Assembly: GCA_000165425.1 (NCBI GenBank)
Contig: CT868017.1
Coordinates: 1 to 64,000, forward strand
Origin: Paramecium tetraurelia
Taxonomy: Eukaryota
DNA: 64,000 bases
Direction: 5' to 3'
Shown piece after piece: positions 14,500 to 29,012 of this stretch; the first letter of the stretch is position 1; every line of letters starts with the position of its first letter. Both the position numbers and the translations under genes were made by a program. Below the pieces are notes generated by a model. It saw only the letters and a program-made list of their open reading frames with translations, was not told where the DNA came from and did no database searches.

Positions 14500-15650
14500 T
14501 TGCTTTAAATGTTGATTGTTATTATCTACATAAGTGTACAACATAATCTGAAAAAATGCTTTAATATGATCTTTTTCTGGATTCAGTCTTAATGGAGGCC
14601 CAGTTGTTACTCTACCTTTGTTGTTCTTGATTTAACACATCTACTAGAACTCAATATCCAGGAGGAGCTATATCATCATACTCTATGTATCTGCATATGG
14701 ATGCAATGTTAATTTTGTTTGTATTGTAACTTAAAATAATTGAAGATTGTAAGAAGCCTGACCCAATGAAATGGAAACTCTACCTTTAGACAGTGCAACA
14801 AATTTATAAGTGCTGCTAGTAAATGCTAGGATTAAAAGAACCCTTACTATGAAAAATGGAGATCTCAATTTATGATGTGCAGGAAAAGGTAAATGTTACA
14901 GAACAATGCTAAGAAATTATAATTAGAAATTGTATATATGTTGGCTGCAAACTTTGCTGCTCAACCTCTCCCTTTGTTTTAAGTATCATAACAATCATTA
15001 CCAACATTAAAAGTGTCTTGGAGGCCACAATATTAACAATAGTGATTTGTCAATTGAATAGTAATACAGCATTTTTTCAAAAACAGTTGTAGCTGGCAAC
15101 CGCAAACATTACTATTCAAATGGATAACCAGAATACTGTGCAACAGAGTTATGTGAATTTGTAGAGTATTCTTAACCTTATGTAAATGTTAATAGGATCA
15201 CGCGAAGTATCTTAAAAGTAGGACAGAATACAAAAATTTCAACCAATAACATGTATTCTTAAATCCATCAGTAAATGTTTACGTTAAAGTACTTCAATTT
15301 GCTAACCGAACTTAATTTCCTTATCAAAATTTGAACTACTAATATATTTTAATACGTGCAGTTAAATTTGTTCCCTCTTAGCATTTTATGTATTATACCT
15401 GAGCTTCTACATCATAACTTGATTACATTATTGCATAAAGGTAGCGATGCATCATTTACAATTTTTACCATAAGAAACTTCTGCTAACTATTAAAAGAAC
15501 AAAATGCATACGAACTGGAATAACTAATTGTAGAGGATGTACAAATTAATTTAGGATGTTGGTGTTCTGAGATGATTTATTGTATTCAAGATAAATAACT
15601 TGTCCTGTCAGAACATGTTATGTAATTACAGCAGATGATTTTGGTTTCGA
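14500..15650 (+). pseudogene. Possible heavily decayed Cys-rich surface-protein remnant
   Basis: Scattered antigen-like peptides in different frames (RQCNKFISAASKCQD, KCIRTGITNCRGCT, ITCPVRTC) with many stops. Confidence 0.25.
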
Positions 15651-18600
15651 ATAAAATATAGGAAGAAAATTTATCATATTCAGTATCAGTACTTGGATCA
15701 AAAGTTCTCCTCTCTACCTACAAGTTACTCTAAGTACCAAAAATATGAGCTTTTTTTCAACAACTTAAAGTATAGAATTGTAAGGGCTGAGTTAAGTTTG
15801 ATAAACCTGTACGAGCCCTATAAGAAAGTAATTAATAAGGATATTTTGTCCGAGCTACTCTATATATAATAGGAAAGGGTAACTCTAATACATAATTCCA
15901 CTGTTAAGTCCAAAGAATGTTTAACTTATTGGAGTTCAAAAAGTAATAGACAACGAGCTAAAACGCCTTAATTCTTTATAAAATCTGACACAGATGTAAT
16001 ATATCCAGAGCAACTTCGAATACTACCAGTAGCATTTGGAGATATGAATGAGAGATGGGAGGCAAATGTTTAAACTATTTTAATATCAGCTCTACACAAA
16101 AAATAGTGATTTGAGATATTAGAGCTTTTGTTATATGTAGTCATTAGGCAGATCTCAAGACAATTCAGCACATTAAGTGCATATGAGGGGAAATCGTTTG
16201 AAGAATGTTCCCAGGATTTACAGAGTCAGCCATGAAAAATAAACAAAAGTATTTTACGAGTTCTGATCACAATTTCAAGATATATTTTATAATAATTATT
16301 CAATCAACCTGCCCAAATATTGAAAAGTAAGCATGGAGAAATGTTGGGTCGCATATTTTTAAATCTGAATAATATTTTAAGGGCTTCCTATTTTAACTAT
16401 GAATTTGTATCCATTTGCCCATCTAAAACGATAAGCACCCAATCTATCTTTACAAACCTCGCGTTTTTCACACCTTGTTAACCCATTATTCTGTCTTATA
16501 AAAGGAGATTATCATTAATTTATTCTGTTACTTTCAATATCAGTTAGATTGAGGTAATTTTAGTTATACACTCTCGAATAGATGCCTTTGTCATCTGTTA
16601 CTTGATTTTCGTTTGAAAATATAGCCAAAAACTAATTTGTCATAAAAATTTAGAGAATTGCAAATGGATGTAATACAAATTGAGATGAAAGAAATTAAGC
16701 TATGATCAATTTGAAGAAGGCATTTGAAGTTCTCCCAATATATGTATTATGTATTTATAACAGATAAGGTTCTTCATCAACTAGAAATCCATCCTGGATA
16801 TCACACATGTTGTATGTCTTTTCTACTTATCTATCAGCATAATCAATTCAGTTAACAATGTATTAAAGTTTGAGTTGTCACTTTTATAATTTATATGAAC
16901 ACCTAATTTTAACAAAGTTTGATTTACAGAAAGTTTCAAGAAAATTATAGAGTAGGATTGCATTTTTTGAAATTAAGCAGGGTTGCAAAATGCAGTTATA
17001 TTTTCTATGCTTGCCACTTATTTATGTATCATTTTAATGGTTTTGATTTTAAATATTGAGTATTTTTTGATACCACCAACATTTTGAATTTTTAAAGCTA
17101 TTAAATCTGAGAGTCTCCCGAGTATAACATTTATCATACTCTCAGTATTTCAAGTTATTTAATTTTAAACTTCTTAGTCATTAAAATTCATTGTCTACTT
17201 AAACTTCAGTTCAAATAGTAACTATTACATTTTTCTTCTCGTTACCCAAATGACATTATCTGATTGAATAATATCATACTTGAAATACTACAAAAAAATA
17301 TGAATCCCTTAAAATAATTCCAAAAAACAATAAAATAATTACAATTTTTAAGATTTTAGAGTCTACTGTATTTAAAATTTCATCCTTCTTTTTTTCATAA
17401 AACAAGAATGCAAAAGAATTGTATCTGCGGTTGATTTTTTAATCATATGAAATATTGATGATATTTACCATCTAATTATTTAAAACTGAATAATGTTAAT
17501 ATAGATAATATATTTAATACATTTTTAATAAATCAAAAGGAATTGAAAGTGAAACTATTATTATAAGACATATAAATCATTTTGGTTTGGTTATTGCTGA
17601 CCAAAAAAGTTTGATGATTTAAATTCGCTTTATAATTATTATCTTTAGCTTAATGAAATAATTATTCAAATAATTACATAAAATTAAATACTTTAGAAGA
17701 TTTGTGTATAAGTATTGTGATTCAACAATATATTCCTGAATAATTCATTTAATTCTTTTTCTAATCGTTTTTGCTATTAATTAATATAAAGTTAACTCCA
17801 AAGTTTTTCTGTAAAGCTACTTGGATAAAAATAGAAGTATTTACTTCCTTCCTTTTTCTTTGATAAATAACTCTTCGAATTATATTTTACTTCATAAACT
17901 AAAACAAAAGTGTGAGACTTAATAAATCAAAATTATGTAAACTTTATAATCATATATCGTTCGAAAAACATCACATATACGGAGGGGGATTGAAATAACT
18001 AGCCATCTACTAGAAATATGGATAATTTTCGCCACTTAAAATAAAAGAATAATAATATAAACAAACTCAAAAATTTTAGTGAACAATTTTCTTCCAAAAG
18101 GAATAAAATCATGTAAACCTGTTACCCAATAAAGCTTCTAAGAATATTTATCTAATATTTTCAGAAGTTTGCGTTTAGAAATTAAATTGATCATACAACT
18201 CCTAATATCGAAAATCCCCTATTCAAATTAGAATCTTCAAATCAGTATAACTTAAAAGAAAAATGAGACTTTCTTTTGATGTTTAAGACATTTTCACCGT
18301 TATTCTTTTATTCATTATTCACCTAAGCTTGTCTCCGAGAAGCGATTAAAACTTCCTTAACCGATTCCTCACCTAAAGTTTTCTTTTTATCTTATCCCTT
18401 TATACTAAATAATGAGATGAATATCAATTGATAGTTTATTAGCTTTTTTAAATTATTAAATATATAAATCATATATAAGATCTCATTAAAGTATGTTGTA
18501 ATTATAATCAGTCCAATTCTTTCAAATTAAGAGTAGTTCCCGAATGGATTTTTGTATATTCTAGTAATTTATATCAACTTCTTTATTAATCAAGGGTGAT

Positions 18601-19060
18601 TTTTGAATGATCATTATGTATTTTATAAAGTAATTATTTATTTAACATATTAGAGATTGTTTCTACAAGCACTTTTAAATTAATATTCTATTTCATTTTC
18701 AATGGATTTATTGAAAAAGTTTAAACAAATAAAAGAGTTATAACTGAAAATGTATGAGTTTTATAAATTCCTCTCAATATGATTGATATAAAGATATTGA
18801 TTTCCCTTTTAATGGGAAAGTTTATTTGTTAAATGTCTAACTTTTAAGTGCTAGAGCTTAATAATTTCTTATCTTAAATGTATGACATAAGGATAATAGG
18901 ATATTTTCCATAATATCAAACAATGAATTAATTTCAATTGTTGAATGGAAAAAATGATTGTCTATGGTTAGTATTATATATGAAATGATATTCTAATTCT
19001 ATAACAATGAACCTAATAATAATTTTATAATGATTGCAAAATAATCATTTGTTAATAACA

Positions 19061-20692
19061 ATGTATAAACCATAGATGATAGAAAATGAGAAGGATGTTG
19101 ATTGTTCCATGAAACATTAAACTCCAATTAGTATGGTAGTTCTAGATCCTAAAGTTGAAAAAAATAAAAGATTCTTATGCCAAAAATGTCTTGATTATTT
19201 TGAATCTGATGTGAAGATGATTGGATTTAAGAAACTTATCTAAATAATCGAGGAGAATAAGAAAAAATAATTAGAACATTTGGAAAATGCAATTAAACCA
19301 ATGATATAAAAAGTGTAGTTATTTTAAGGTCATATCCATAATTTGAAGTCATATATTGTTTCATAATTAGATCAATTGATTGATAGCACACAAGATTGGA
19401 TAACAAATTTATAATCTATAGGGTTAAAGTATTCAGATTATAGTCTCTATCAAGAATTAGATTTCATGATTATGAATTAAGATTCAACTGAAAATGAATA
19501 GATTAATTAAGTAAATTAAATTAGATTATTAAATGATTCTTGGTCCGTGAAAATTAATAATAAATTATATTCATTCACATAATTTTAAGAATATCAAAAA
19601 TGCCAACAAATTTTAGAAGAATTATCATCTCAATTATTATAGAAATTCAATTTAAATTAAATTAAATAAGAAAATCAAGAAAATACATCATTAGTAAGTA
19701 ATAAGATATAATAATAATTAAATCCATATCGATCGTAATTAATGAACAATTCAGTTGAAGAAGATGAACTCTGTAAAACAATAGTATTCGACCCAACAGG
19801 GAAGATTATGATTTCTGCTAGTTCAAAGAACATTAAAATATGGAGTTTTGAAAATGCAAACATCAAATTAATACAAACACTTCAAGGACATTAAAAGAAC
19901 ATTAACTGTCTCGTCTTTAGTTAAATTGAACAGTATTTTATTTCTGGATCAGAAGATCATTCCATTATATTTTGGAAATGTTCAAATAATAATGGATGGT
20001 AAAGTTCTCAACCATATTGTGAACATAAGGGTATCGTATATTGTCTTATCTTAACATAAATTGAGAATTAATTAATCTCAGGTAGTGAAGATAAAACAAT
20101 TAAAGTATGGATGATAGATTATAAAAACCATAAATTATAATTCCTTTATGCTTTATAGAAACATAATAAACCGATTTTGTCATTAAGTTTAAATGAATCG
20201 GAAAGAGTTTTAGCTTCAGGAGTGTAAGATTCAATTATAATTTGGTAGAAAGGAGCAAATAATTAATGGGTATTTTCGTATGATATTAATTTGTCGAAAC
20301 AATAATTTGGGAAGCATATTAAATTTATAGGTGAAGAGTAATTCTTATGGCTAAATGACAGCAGTAATAGTCTCTGTGTATTTGAAATTCAAGATGGCTT
20401 TTATTAAGAAATTATACAAAAGAGAGTATTATTAAAGAAAATTTATGAAGGCTATGGAAACATTCCACTTTTCCCAATAATTTATAATAAACTTAAGAAT
20501 TTAATATGCTTAAGACATTAATTAGACATATACATAATTAACATATAATATAATGATTAATTGTCAATTATTGAGGAATTAAATTGCAATGACTTTATGA
20601 TATATGGAACAATAACAAATGATGGATAACATTTAATATTTTGGAGTAATACTAAAAAGAAATACCAAATACATGAGATATAATATAAATGA
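19061..20692 (+). CDS. WD40-repeat protein of an expanded Paramecium family (N-terminal C/H knuckle, coiled coil, beta-propeller), 543 aa
   Basis: Uninterrupted code-6 ORF of 1632 nt starting MYKPQMIENEKDVDCSMKHQTP...RFLCQKC; WD motifs QGHQKNINCLVF..FISGSEDHSIIFW and EHKGIVYCLIL..LISGSEDKTIKVW. Confidence 0.9.
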
Positions 20693-21818
20693 TTTTAGTT
20701 TGTTAGAATTTGTATAATATATAGAAAAATTGTGTATACTCTCTAATTATTGCCAAGATTTCTTTATTTGTTTCAATATTATGAGAAATAATATTAATGA
20801 TTCTCTTAAAATTGCTACCTTTTGAGAGAGTTTTGTAACAAAAAATTACTAGTATTTTTGTTATTCAATTTATAAGTCAACGCTTAATATCATTCCTCTA
20901 TTATAATTAATTAAAGTCTCAATAATCATAATTAATTTGAAAATATTTTTTATTGAAATTAATATTCTCATTATTAAATAAATACTCACAATATAATGTT
21001 ATTCTAAGAAAAATCTAAAATAAAACGAACATCCCATTGTACTATCGTTATTTATTGTTATTCAAACCTTTTTCATTCTAGTGAGATTAGAGAAAGGTCA
21101 AAATAATATGCTTTATGAATTTATATTCCATCAATTTATATGCAATAGGAAAAATACTGAGTTTACGAAACTAATAATTAATTTAATTAGAATTATTATA
21201 ATTTTGTTCTAAATCATTTACTCTCGAGTTAATTAATTTGTGCTAGAATTTTAACATCTTTTAATTTTGCAAAATCAAAATCTTTTGAATATTTTAAGTT
21301 TTTCTAATAATTAAATCAAAATTAATGATATATGTATTTGCATATTAAATTGTAAAATGGCAATTAACTGACCTTATTAATGGCACTAAAAGATTCTAGA
21401 ATGTTAGAAATTTTTTCAAATTAGATTGAAAAGATTCATACCCTTTTAAGAACTAAATTATCATAATTATAATATTCTTTAAACCATTTTTCATAAGGGA
21501 ATGCATTTGCAAATCACAAAACTGTAAAATTATATTAAATTTTATAAAAATATCACTACACTTTATATTTTAGGTTTTATACTCCAGGATAACACATTTT
21601 GCTCACTCTTTAATTAATAAAATTCCTTTAATATAACAAATGAAAATAATTGTAATTGTGGAATGCAATTAAATTTGTTTAATTATAAGATAGTTAATTT
21701 TTGAGAAAATATTAAACTAGATAATTTTCTGATTTCCAATAATAAAATTAGAAACTTGATAGTTTTCATTGTATTTGTAATAATGATGTTGCGTAAATTT
21801 TAGAATTGTTTGATATCA

Positions 21819-23330
21819 TCAAATTGCAATTAACTATCTAGTCTGTATAGCTTTTGATTCATCATCCCAGGTAATAATATATTCTCCATCTCTGCTGACG
21901 GTTCCAAATATCCAATGTTAGTCAAAATTTATTGTTTATACTAATCTACATTCCCAATCTGCCAGAGTTTAATTCGATTAGGTAAATCTTATCAAATTGA
22001 TGTAATATCCATTTTTGGATAGGATCATTTATTTAGAAGGAATATACAGCTACGGAAAATAAGCCCTGCAGTATTGGCCTTTTCCTTTAATGGGAACATT
22101 ACCAGTTCTAACATACAAATCAGTAGAGACATCGAATTAATATAGATCGAGGTTGCTTGATCCTCTTTAATCTTTATGTGGTTAAGATGCAAAAGAATCA
22201 TTGTTAATGAAGCTCAATCTGAATCCGCCATTCTCTACATACACTTTTTATTTTACAATCCACTAATGTTTGTTTGTACGTTCAATTATTAAGATTAGCT
22301 TATCTTCTCCACAAGAGATTAATTTATTTTCATCTTCATTAATTGATAATCCCCAAACGGTGCTTGTATGTTCTGTGATTGTCTAAGATTAAAACCAACA
22401 GTATGGGGAGACAGTTTATGATGTGGAGTAGGACCAAAATTTGATGGAGTGATCATGAGATCCACTAATTACTAGATCTTCTGAAGAAAGTACTGCAAGA
22501 CACCTAACAAAATGATATTTTTCTTATAATTTAGTTATATATTTTGGTGTGGATGTTAGATTCATGGGCCATATGATAATAGATGAATCGAATGATCCAG
22601 CAATGAAGTTTGAATTATGTTCAAAAAAATTTAATGTGGAGATAGCTTCAGAAGCCTTTTTAATCTGAGTAAGTTTTTTCAAAAATGCTTTTTAGAATTG
22701 GAATATTTAAATATCATTATCTGTTGCCCACAGTTAAAAGGGTGTTATTAGGGTTAATTGATATGGCCAAACAACATTAGGATTATTTTTATTTATATGA
22801 AGATGTAAGTTCATAATTAAAGGATTTTTCAACCTAGGTTTCTGAAATATTTTGAGATTTTGAAGTAGATTATCCCATTTGTCTTTGAAAGAATTGTATA
22901 TTATTGGATTATATTTAAATATATAAAAATATATTTTTATGATAACTCAATATTTGGTTAGAATCACAACATTAGATCATATTATCCTAGATAAATATAA
23001 TGAATAAGTTTTAATTAATAAAATGTTGAATTTTGAATATTTAGTTTTTTACTTAAGATTATATCTAGGTTGTGATTTAAGACTGTATCTATGTTTTTAT
23101 TTACTAATCTATCATTAGATTAAATTAATTTAAAGGCTTATTAAATAATTCTTCATTATTATTTTAAGCTCCTTGTCTAATTGATCCAATAGAAATATCT
23201 AAAATGATTTTGCAAATTTTAATTTTAACCTTAAAAATTCCATTTATAGTTTACTCTTAATAATGCTGCTGTTTTTGTATTTGGACAATAGCACATCTTC
23301 TTTTGTAATTTGGTGAAATAGAGAAACAAA
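21819..23330 (-). pseudogene. WD40-repeat protein of the same family; frameshifted with unclear 5' end (pseudogene or sequence error)
   Basis: WD motifs LVISGSHDHSIKFW, EHTSTVWGLSIN..LISCGEDK and IFGTVSRDGEYIITWD; stop TGA at 21821-21819; +1 frameshift at ~22724; start not resolved. Confidence 0.6.
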
Positions 23331-25096
23331 AGGAATAAGATATTCAATCTTGAGATAACATGGGAGTAGCAGAAAAAGGAAGTAACTTCAAAAAAAAACA
23401 ATCCAAACCGTGCTTATATAATTCGATTAAGGATATAAGAAAATTTTCAGAAGTGTCAAAAGTGTTTTGCTGATCATTAATATTCAATAATTAATTGAAT
23501 AATAAACCTATTCATATTTTTTTAAAGCTATTCTTATGAGCTCTTTGATTTAGGTAAGATTAAGGACCTACTTATGATACATAATTATAAATACCCTTAA
23601 TCCTTACACTATTATTTGATACTTGAATCTAATAAAAAAAATTCCTTGTGTTAATAGGTTAGTAATTATTTTAATTCCTTATTTTTTAAAATTTCAATTA
23701 GATAATCATACAATTTTGGTTAGTCAATTTTAATTGTATTTTCAAATTTCATTTCTCACTTTTGTCTTTTATTTTTCAATTTCTTATAATTTTCAGTATC
23801 AGTAGGGATTAGCCAACGAGAAGACTATCCTCAAAAACATTAAGCAGTTTTGCCAAGTTACAACCTTAAGAAAAATATAGATAATACCTAACTCCATGTT
23901 TCCTTTAATTGTACTGTTTCCTGGAAAAAGGGTTTACAGATTAATGAATTCGTAAATACACTCTAAACTATATTTTATATTTAATATATACGCCATTCTC
24001 AATATTCTGCATAACTCAAAAGCCTAGTAGATTTTACTACTGGACACTTGTGTTCGATTACAGATAGGATCTTACAAATCTTCTCCAGATTGCTTTACTA
24101 ATCATTATGTTATTGTTGTTTGAAATTTAACAAAACTCTATTACTCTGTTCTACAAATTAACATATTAATAACTTCCTTATTAGTAAAATATGTTAATTA
24201 AATTGTAAAGAAAAAATTGTATTAATTGTTGTAAAAACCCTTCAGAAGAAGAGGGAAATTAATTAATGATTTTAAATTTTGTTTATAATATTTAGAATAG
24301 TATTTTTTCATCAAATAAAATGAACCAATCGTACCTCAAAACTGTAATAATTATATTATTGAATTATCATAAGGTTAAAGTACTATAATCATTTATCTAT
24401 AATTGGGATTTTTATATAAGTTTAATACAATATGTCAGAAACTTTCTATCAGCTATTAATTTTCAGGTCAAATCATTTCAATAAATTTTGTTAACCTATT
24501 TCAGATTCTATTGATAATAATGTAGGGAATTGATGATTAAATGGGATAATTTAAAGAAATTTCGTTGAATTGGATTTTCTCTTTATTTTTAGGTGAATAA
24601 ATGTTGTAAAAACTAGATAATAAAAATATACTATTGATATTGATAAATTAGCATTAATAATTTGAAGCTATTTCCAGTGTTTCTTAATTCATTCATAATA
24701 GAGAGTAAACTCATGATCTTTCTGGAGAGTAAGAGAACTTTAATTGGCCAAAAATTCTGCATATTTTTTTAGTTTATTAAAATTACAAATTGTTTATGCA
24801 AATTAATCAAGTTAGAAAGTATATTTTATGTTTATTAGTATGATGCTCATTTGAATCACGAATGAAAACTGATATCATTAGTAATTATTGTGATAGAAGC
24901 AAAAATTTAGTATTCTCAATTTTTCTTAGATTAATTGGAAAAGTAATATAGATCAATTTTTTTCTGATAGCTTAACTACTCGCACTGAAAAACAATTATT
25001 GAAATTAAGGCATTTCAAAATAAGGAGATCTATTAGAACTGTCTTGAAGATGATTTATTTTATTATTTCATCTAATTCATATTTATAATATAAAAA

Positions 25097-28000
25097 ATGA
25101 TCACAATCTCTATATTAATTATGACTTTCTAACTTATAGGGGCAAAATTGATATCAGCAGAAGATTATAACTTAATTAATGATAGTAATAAACAAATTTC
25201 TACTTAGATTGGTGTGTTTTAAGAGGAAATAAAGTGACTAATAATAATTATTTAGGAGAAGGTTATCTTGGAGGATTAAATGCGTTCAAATAGGATACAT
25301 TACTACAAAATTATTATAATCTGCCGCCTCATTCTTAAGTAACTATTTAGATAAAAGCAATATTCTCTTGTATATAATCTTTTCATGCTTACTTGGATGA
25401 CGCAATATAAACGATTGATAACAGTTCGTTTTCCACATCTTAACCTTCTTATTTAGTAGTAGCTAGCTACTTTCACTCCAGCAAATCTGCATTTTTTTCT
25501 CTGAATGTTACTGAGGATACAAGATGTCCTAATAATGATATATGGTGGGGTGTTTTTGCAATAGAAATCCAAGTTTAAGATTGTTAAGAAAATAATGATT
25601 ATTGTTAACCAGGATCAAATATTTTATGGAAAATCCTAAATTCAAACCTGAATTTCAAACCTATGGATTGGAATTATCAAGGAGGACCTGGGTCAATTAA
25701 CTCGTACACTTTTACTTTTAGTGGTATAATAAAATATAAACTAATTTAGATTTTTAGATAGAATCTCTTCATTATAGTAATATCAAGCTTTAAAAATATT
25801 TCCAAATACCATATCCAACTAAAGTCAAATTCAAATTCAAGCTCCTTTTTTACAATATTCCCTCTTCAATAAAAATACACATAAATGATCTTATAGTAGG
25901 GCCAATAATTAAATGTTTTTAATACAATTTTGGTTGCAATAATGGTGGCTCTCAGATGATTTACAACTTAGAAATAGATATTCACCAGCATAAAAGTGAT
26001 ATATTATCTTTCGTTATACTGTTGTAAGAAAATTCTGGGAGTAATTAGGTAAGTATATTTGATTTCGTTGTATATTATTAAGAATAATACATTGTACAGC
26101 TTCCAAGTTTGGGATGCCTAAATTGGATAGGATCATAATGTGTTTCTTGCGAATAAGATTGGTAATACGATGGTTTGAATTAATGCAGCCCAATTTGTGG
26201 TAACGGAATAATATAAGGATATGAAGAATGTGATGATGGAAATGGAACTTCTAATGATAGTTGTTATAACTGTAAATTTCAATGTTCGCTAGGTTGCTTA
26301 AAATGTAAATTTGGGGAATGTTTATAATGGTCCGATTCTTATAATCTAGATTAGTATAATACTATTTCAAAGATATAAGATTGTAGCCATGCTTAGGGTT
26401 ACTATTTTGATTACTTATTAAATGAGTGTTTATCTATCTGTGGTGATGGTATTATAACATTAAAAGAGGAATGTGATGATGGTAATACCTTATTAAATGA
26501 CGGATGTTATAATTGTTAATTGATATGTTCTGATAACTGTTTAGATTGTTAATTTGGAAAATGTTATCAATGTAATTAAGGATATAAAATAAAATAATTC
26601 AAATGTATTTCAGATTGTGGAGATCAAATAACTAATATTGATGAAACATGTGACGATGGAAATAACATTAGATTTGATGGATGCCATCAATGTTAAAGCA
26701 GCTGCTAATTATAATGCATGGACTGTTAAAATTTTTACTGCATTAAATGTTTATAAGGTTGGAATCTAATTAACGGTAAATGCGAAGAACAATGTGGAGA
26801 TGGGCAAGTGGCTCTAATGTCTAATGAATAATGTGATGATCCCACTAATACCAAGTGCATTGATTGTTTATTTTAATAATGTCAAGATAATTGCCTAGTA
26901 TGTAATTAACATCAGTGTGTCACTTGCTTTTTTCCATATCAATTGATCAATGGTGTTTGTTAACCCATATGTGGTGATTCGATTGTTACAATTGAATTCG
27001 AGCAATGCGACGATGGTAATGATATCCCTTTTGATGGATGTCATTAATGTCAGTATTCTTGCTAATATGGATGTTAATAATGCGAACAGGACAATATTTG
27101 TACATAGTGTGAATAAAATTTATTTTATATGGATATCTAAACTGGTAAGTGTAAAGAAATTGTTAAATTAACAGATAATGAAATGTTTTCATTGAATGAG
27201 ACTAATAATCAAACTATTTAATGCAATCCAAATTATTTATTAATTGAAAATACTTGTGTTAATTAATGTGGAAATGGAATGCTAAGTAGCCCTTATGAAG
27301 AATGCGATGATGGTAATAACTATGGAGGTGATGGTTGTTCTTCGTTATGCAATCTTGAAAATTTCTTTTAATGTCAAAATGGCGAAAACTTATTATCAAT
27401 ATGCTCGTTTATACAACCCCCTGATTTCAACTTAAATAGTCTTTCTGATAAAAAAAATCAAATTTAAATTGTTGAATTCACTTTCACTCAATAAGTTAAA
27501 TTAAATTCTCCATCTAATTTAGAAGACATTGCAATTCTCAGGATAACTCCATAAGTGCAACATGATCTAAGTATCATTCCTAAAGAAAATCTGACAACTT
27601 ATTTGAATAACCCTGCATATCAGATCATTATTTAATTTTATAACTCTATAGAAAATCCAAAGCTGGAGATTGAGATTTCTAAATTTGTCATAACTAATTA
27701 GTTTGATTTAGAATTATTAAACTTTAATAAGATTATAAATCTGGGTACTCCTTTTGTAATGTCAAAATCAACAAAACAATAGGTAACGTCAGTTGTAAAA
27801 TTCAATGATGCTATGATTTATTCTATGGTAAGCATTGCAGGTTTAGCTATGGTAACAGGAAACGTGTTGATGCTTCTGAATCTTTTAGAACTGTTGTAAT
27901 CTTTATCATATATTCGATATATGCAATATCAGTTTCCACCAAATTTAAGAGAGTTTCTTGAGACATACACTAAGGTCTCTATGTAACCCATATTAGATTA

Positions 28001-29012
28001 TTTTCAAGTTGATAAACTAATTGCACAACTAAACGGTGGTTTCTTACCATATAAAAGAAAAGATTCATCAAAATAAAGCTCAAACTTTGAATTAAATTAA
28101 ATTTATATTATGAATGCCAAGAGCTGTTACTTTTCTCTCTTGGCTTCATCCATTACATATGTAATTTACTCTATACTAGCTTCAGAATATGTAAATGTAA
28201 AATTGTTCAAAATTTACTCAAAGTAGATGGAAAAAATGAATTATTTGAAATATATAAAGATATTTCAATCAAAGATTTAGTAACAATGTCAAAAAATGAA
28301 AAATAACTACTTTTCATAAGGAATATTTTAACTCTATTTTACAATACTGCATCAATTAGCATTTAGTGCATTTTTACAGTTTCCAGATTACACCTTCGAA
28401 ACTCTATTTGAATCTCTTAATTCTTTGAATGCGATGCTTGGATTGTTATTGATAATATTTGTCTCCTTTAAAGTACTCTCAATTACATCATCCCCAATTA
28501 GAAACATGTCTAGATGGAAATATTTCTATTTAGGATCTCGATGTTAATATTGGTCACTTCATTACAAGTCCTTGTAGATACTTAAAGTTAAGTTTTATAT
28601 TTTTGTTATTGTAATCTGCATGAATTATCCAGAAATTCAATCAATCCTATTGTCAATGCAATCATTATGCTATTTGATTTACTTATTCAAATTTAGACCC
28701 ATTACTTCAAACTTTGATTTAGTTAAACTGATGATCAGGGAATCCTTTTTAATGGCAATATTCTGCTCATTCTTGCTATATAGTTTGGATTCGACCAATG
28801 ATTAACAGTTACTTTATGGATGGATGCATATCATCCTATTTTCGATTATATTGTCTACAAGTCTAGTAGCGGATATGATAGAATACTGTTATAAGTTGTA
28901 TTAAAAATATCTAAAAAAGAAAATGAAAGAATTAGAAAAAGAAAATAATAAATATTATGATAACCCACTCTAAAGATTTATATTGATTGAGTAGCAAAAT
29001 ATTGTGATTTGA
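25097..29012 (+). CDS. Signal peptide + six Myxococcus cysteine-rich (DUF4215-type) repeats + multi-pass TM C-terminus; receptor-like surface protein
   Basis: N-terminus MITISILIMTFQLIGA; repeats CG(N/D)(G/Q/S)x5-7ECDD(GN) six times between ~26190 and 27320; several hydrophobic helices from ~27810 to 28880; two short introns near the 5' end. Confidence 0.88.

Noticed and set aside
23780..24500. Hydrophobic coding-like fragment on the + strand
   Set aside because: Interrupted by TGA and not assignable to any family
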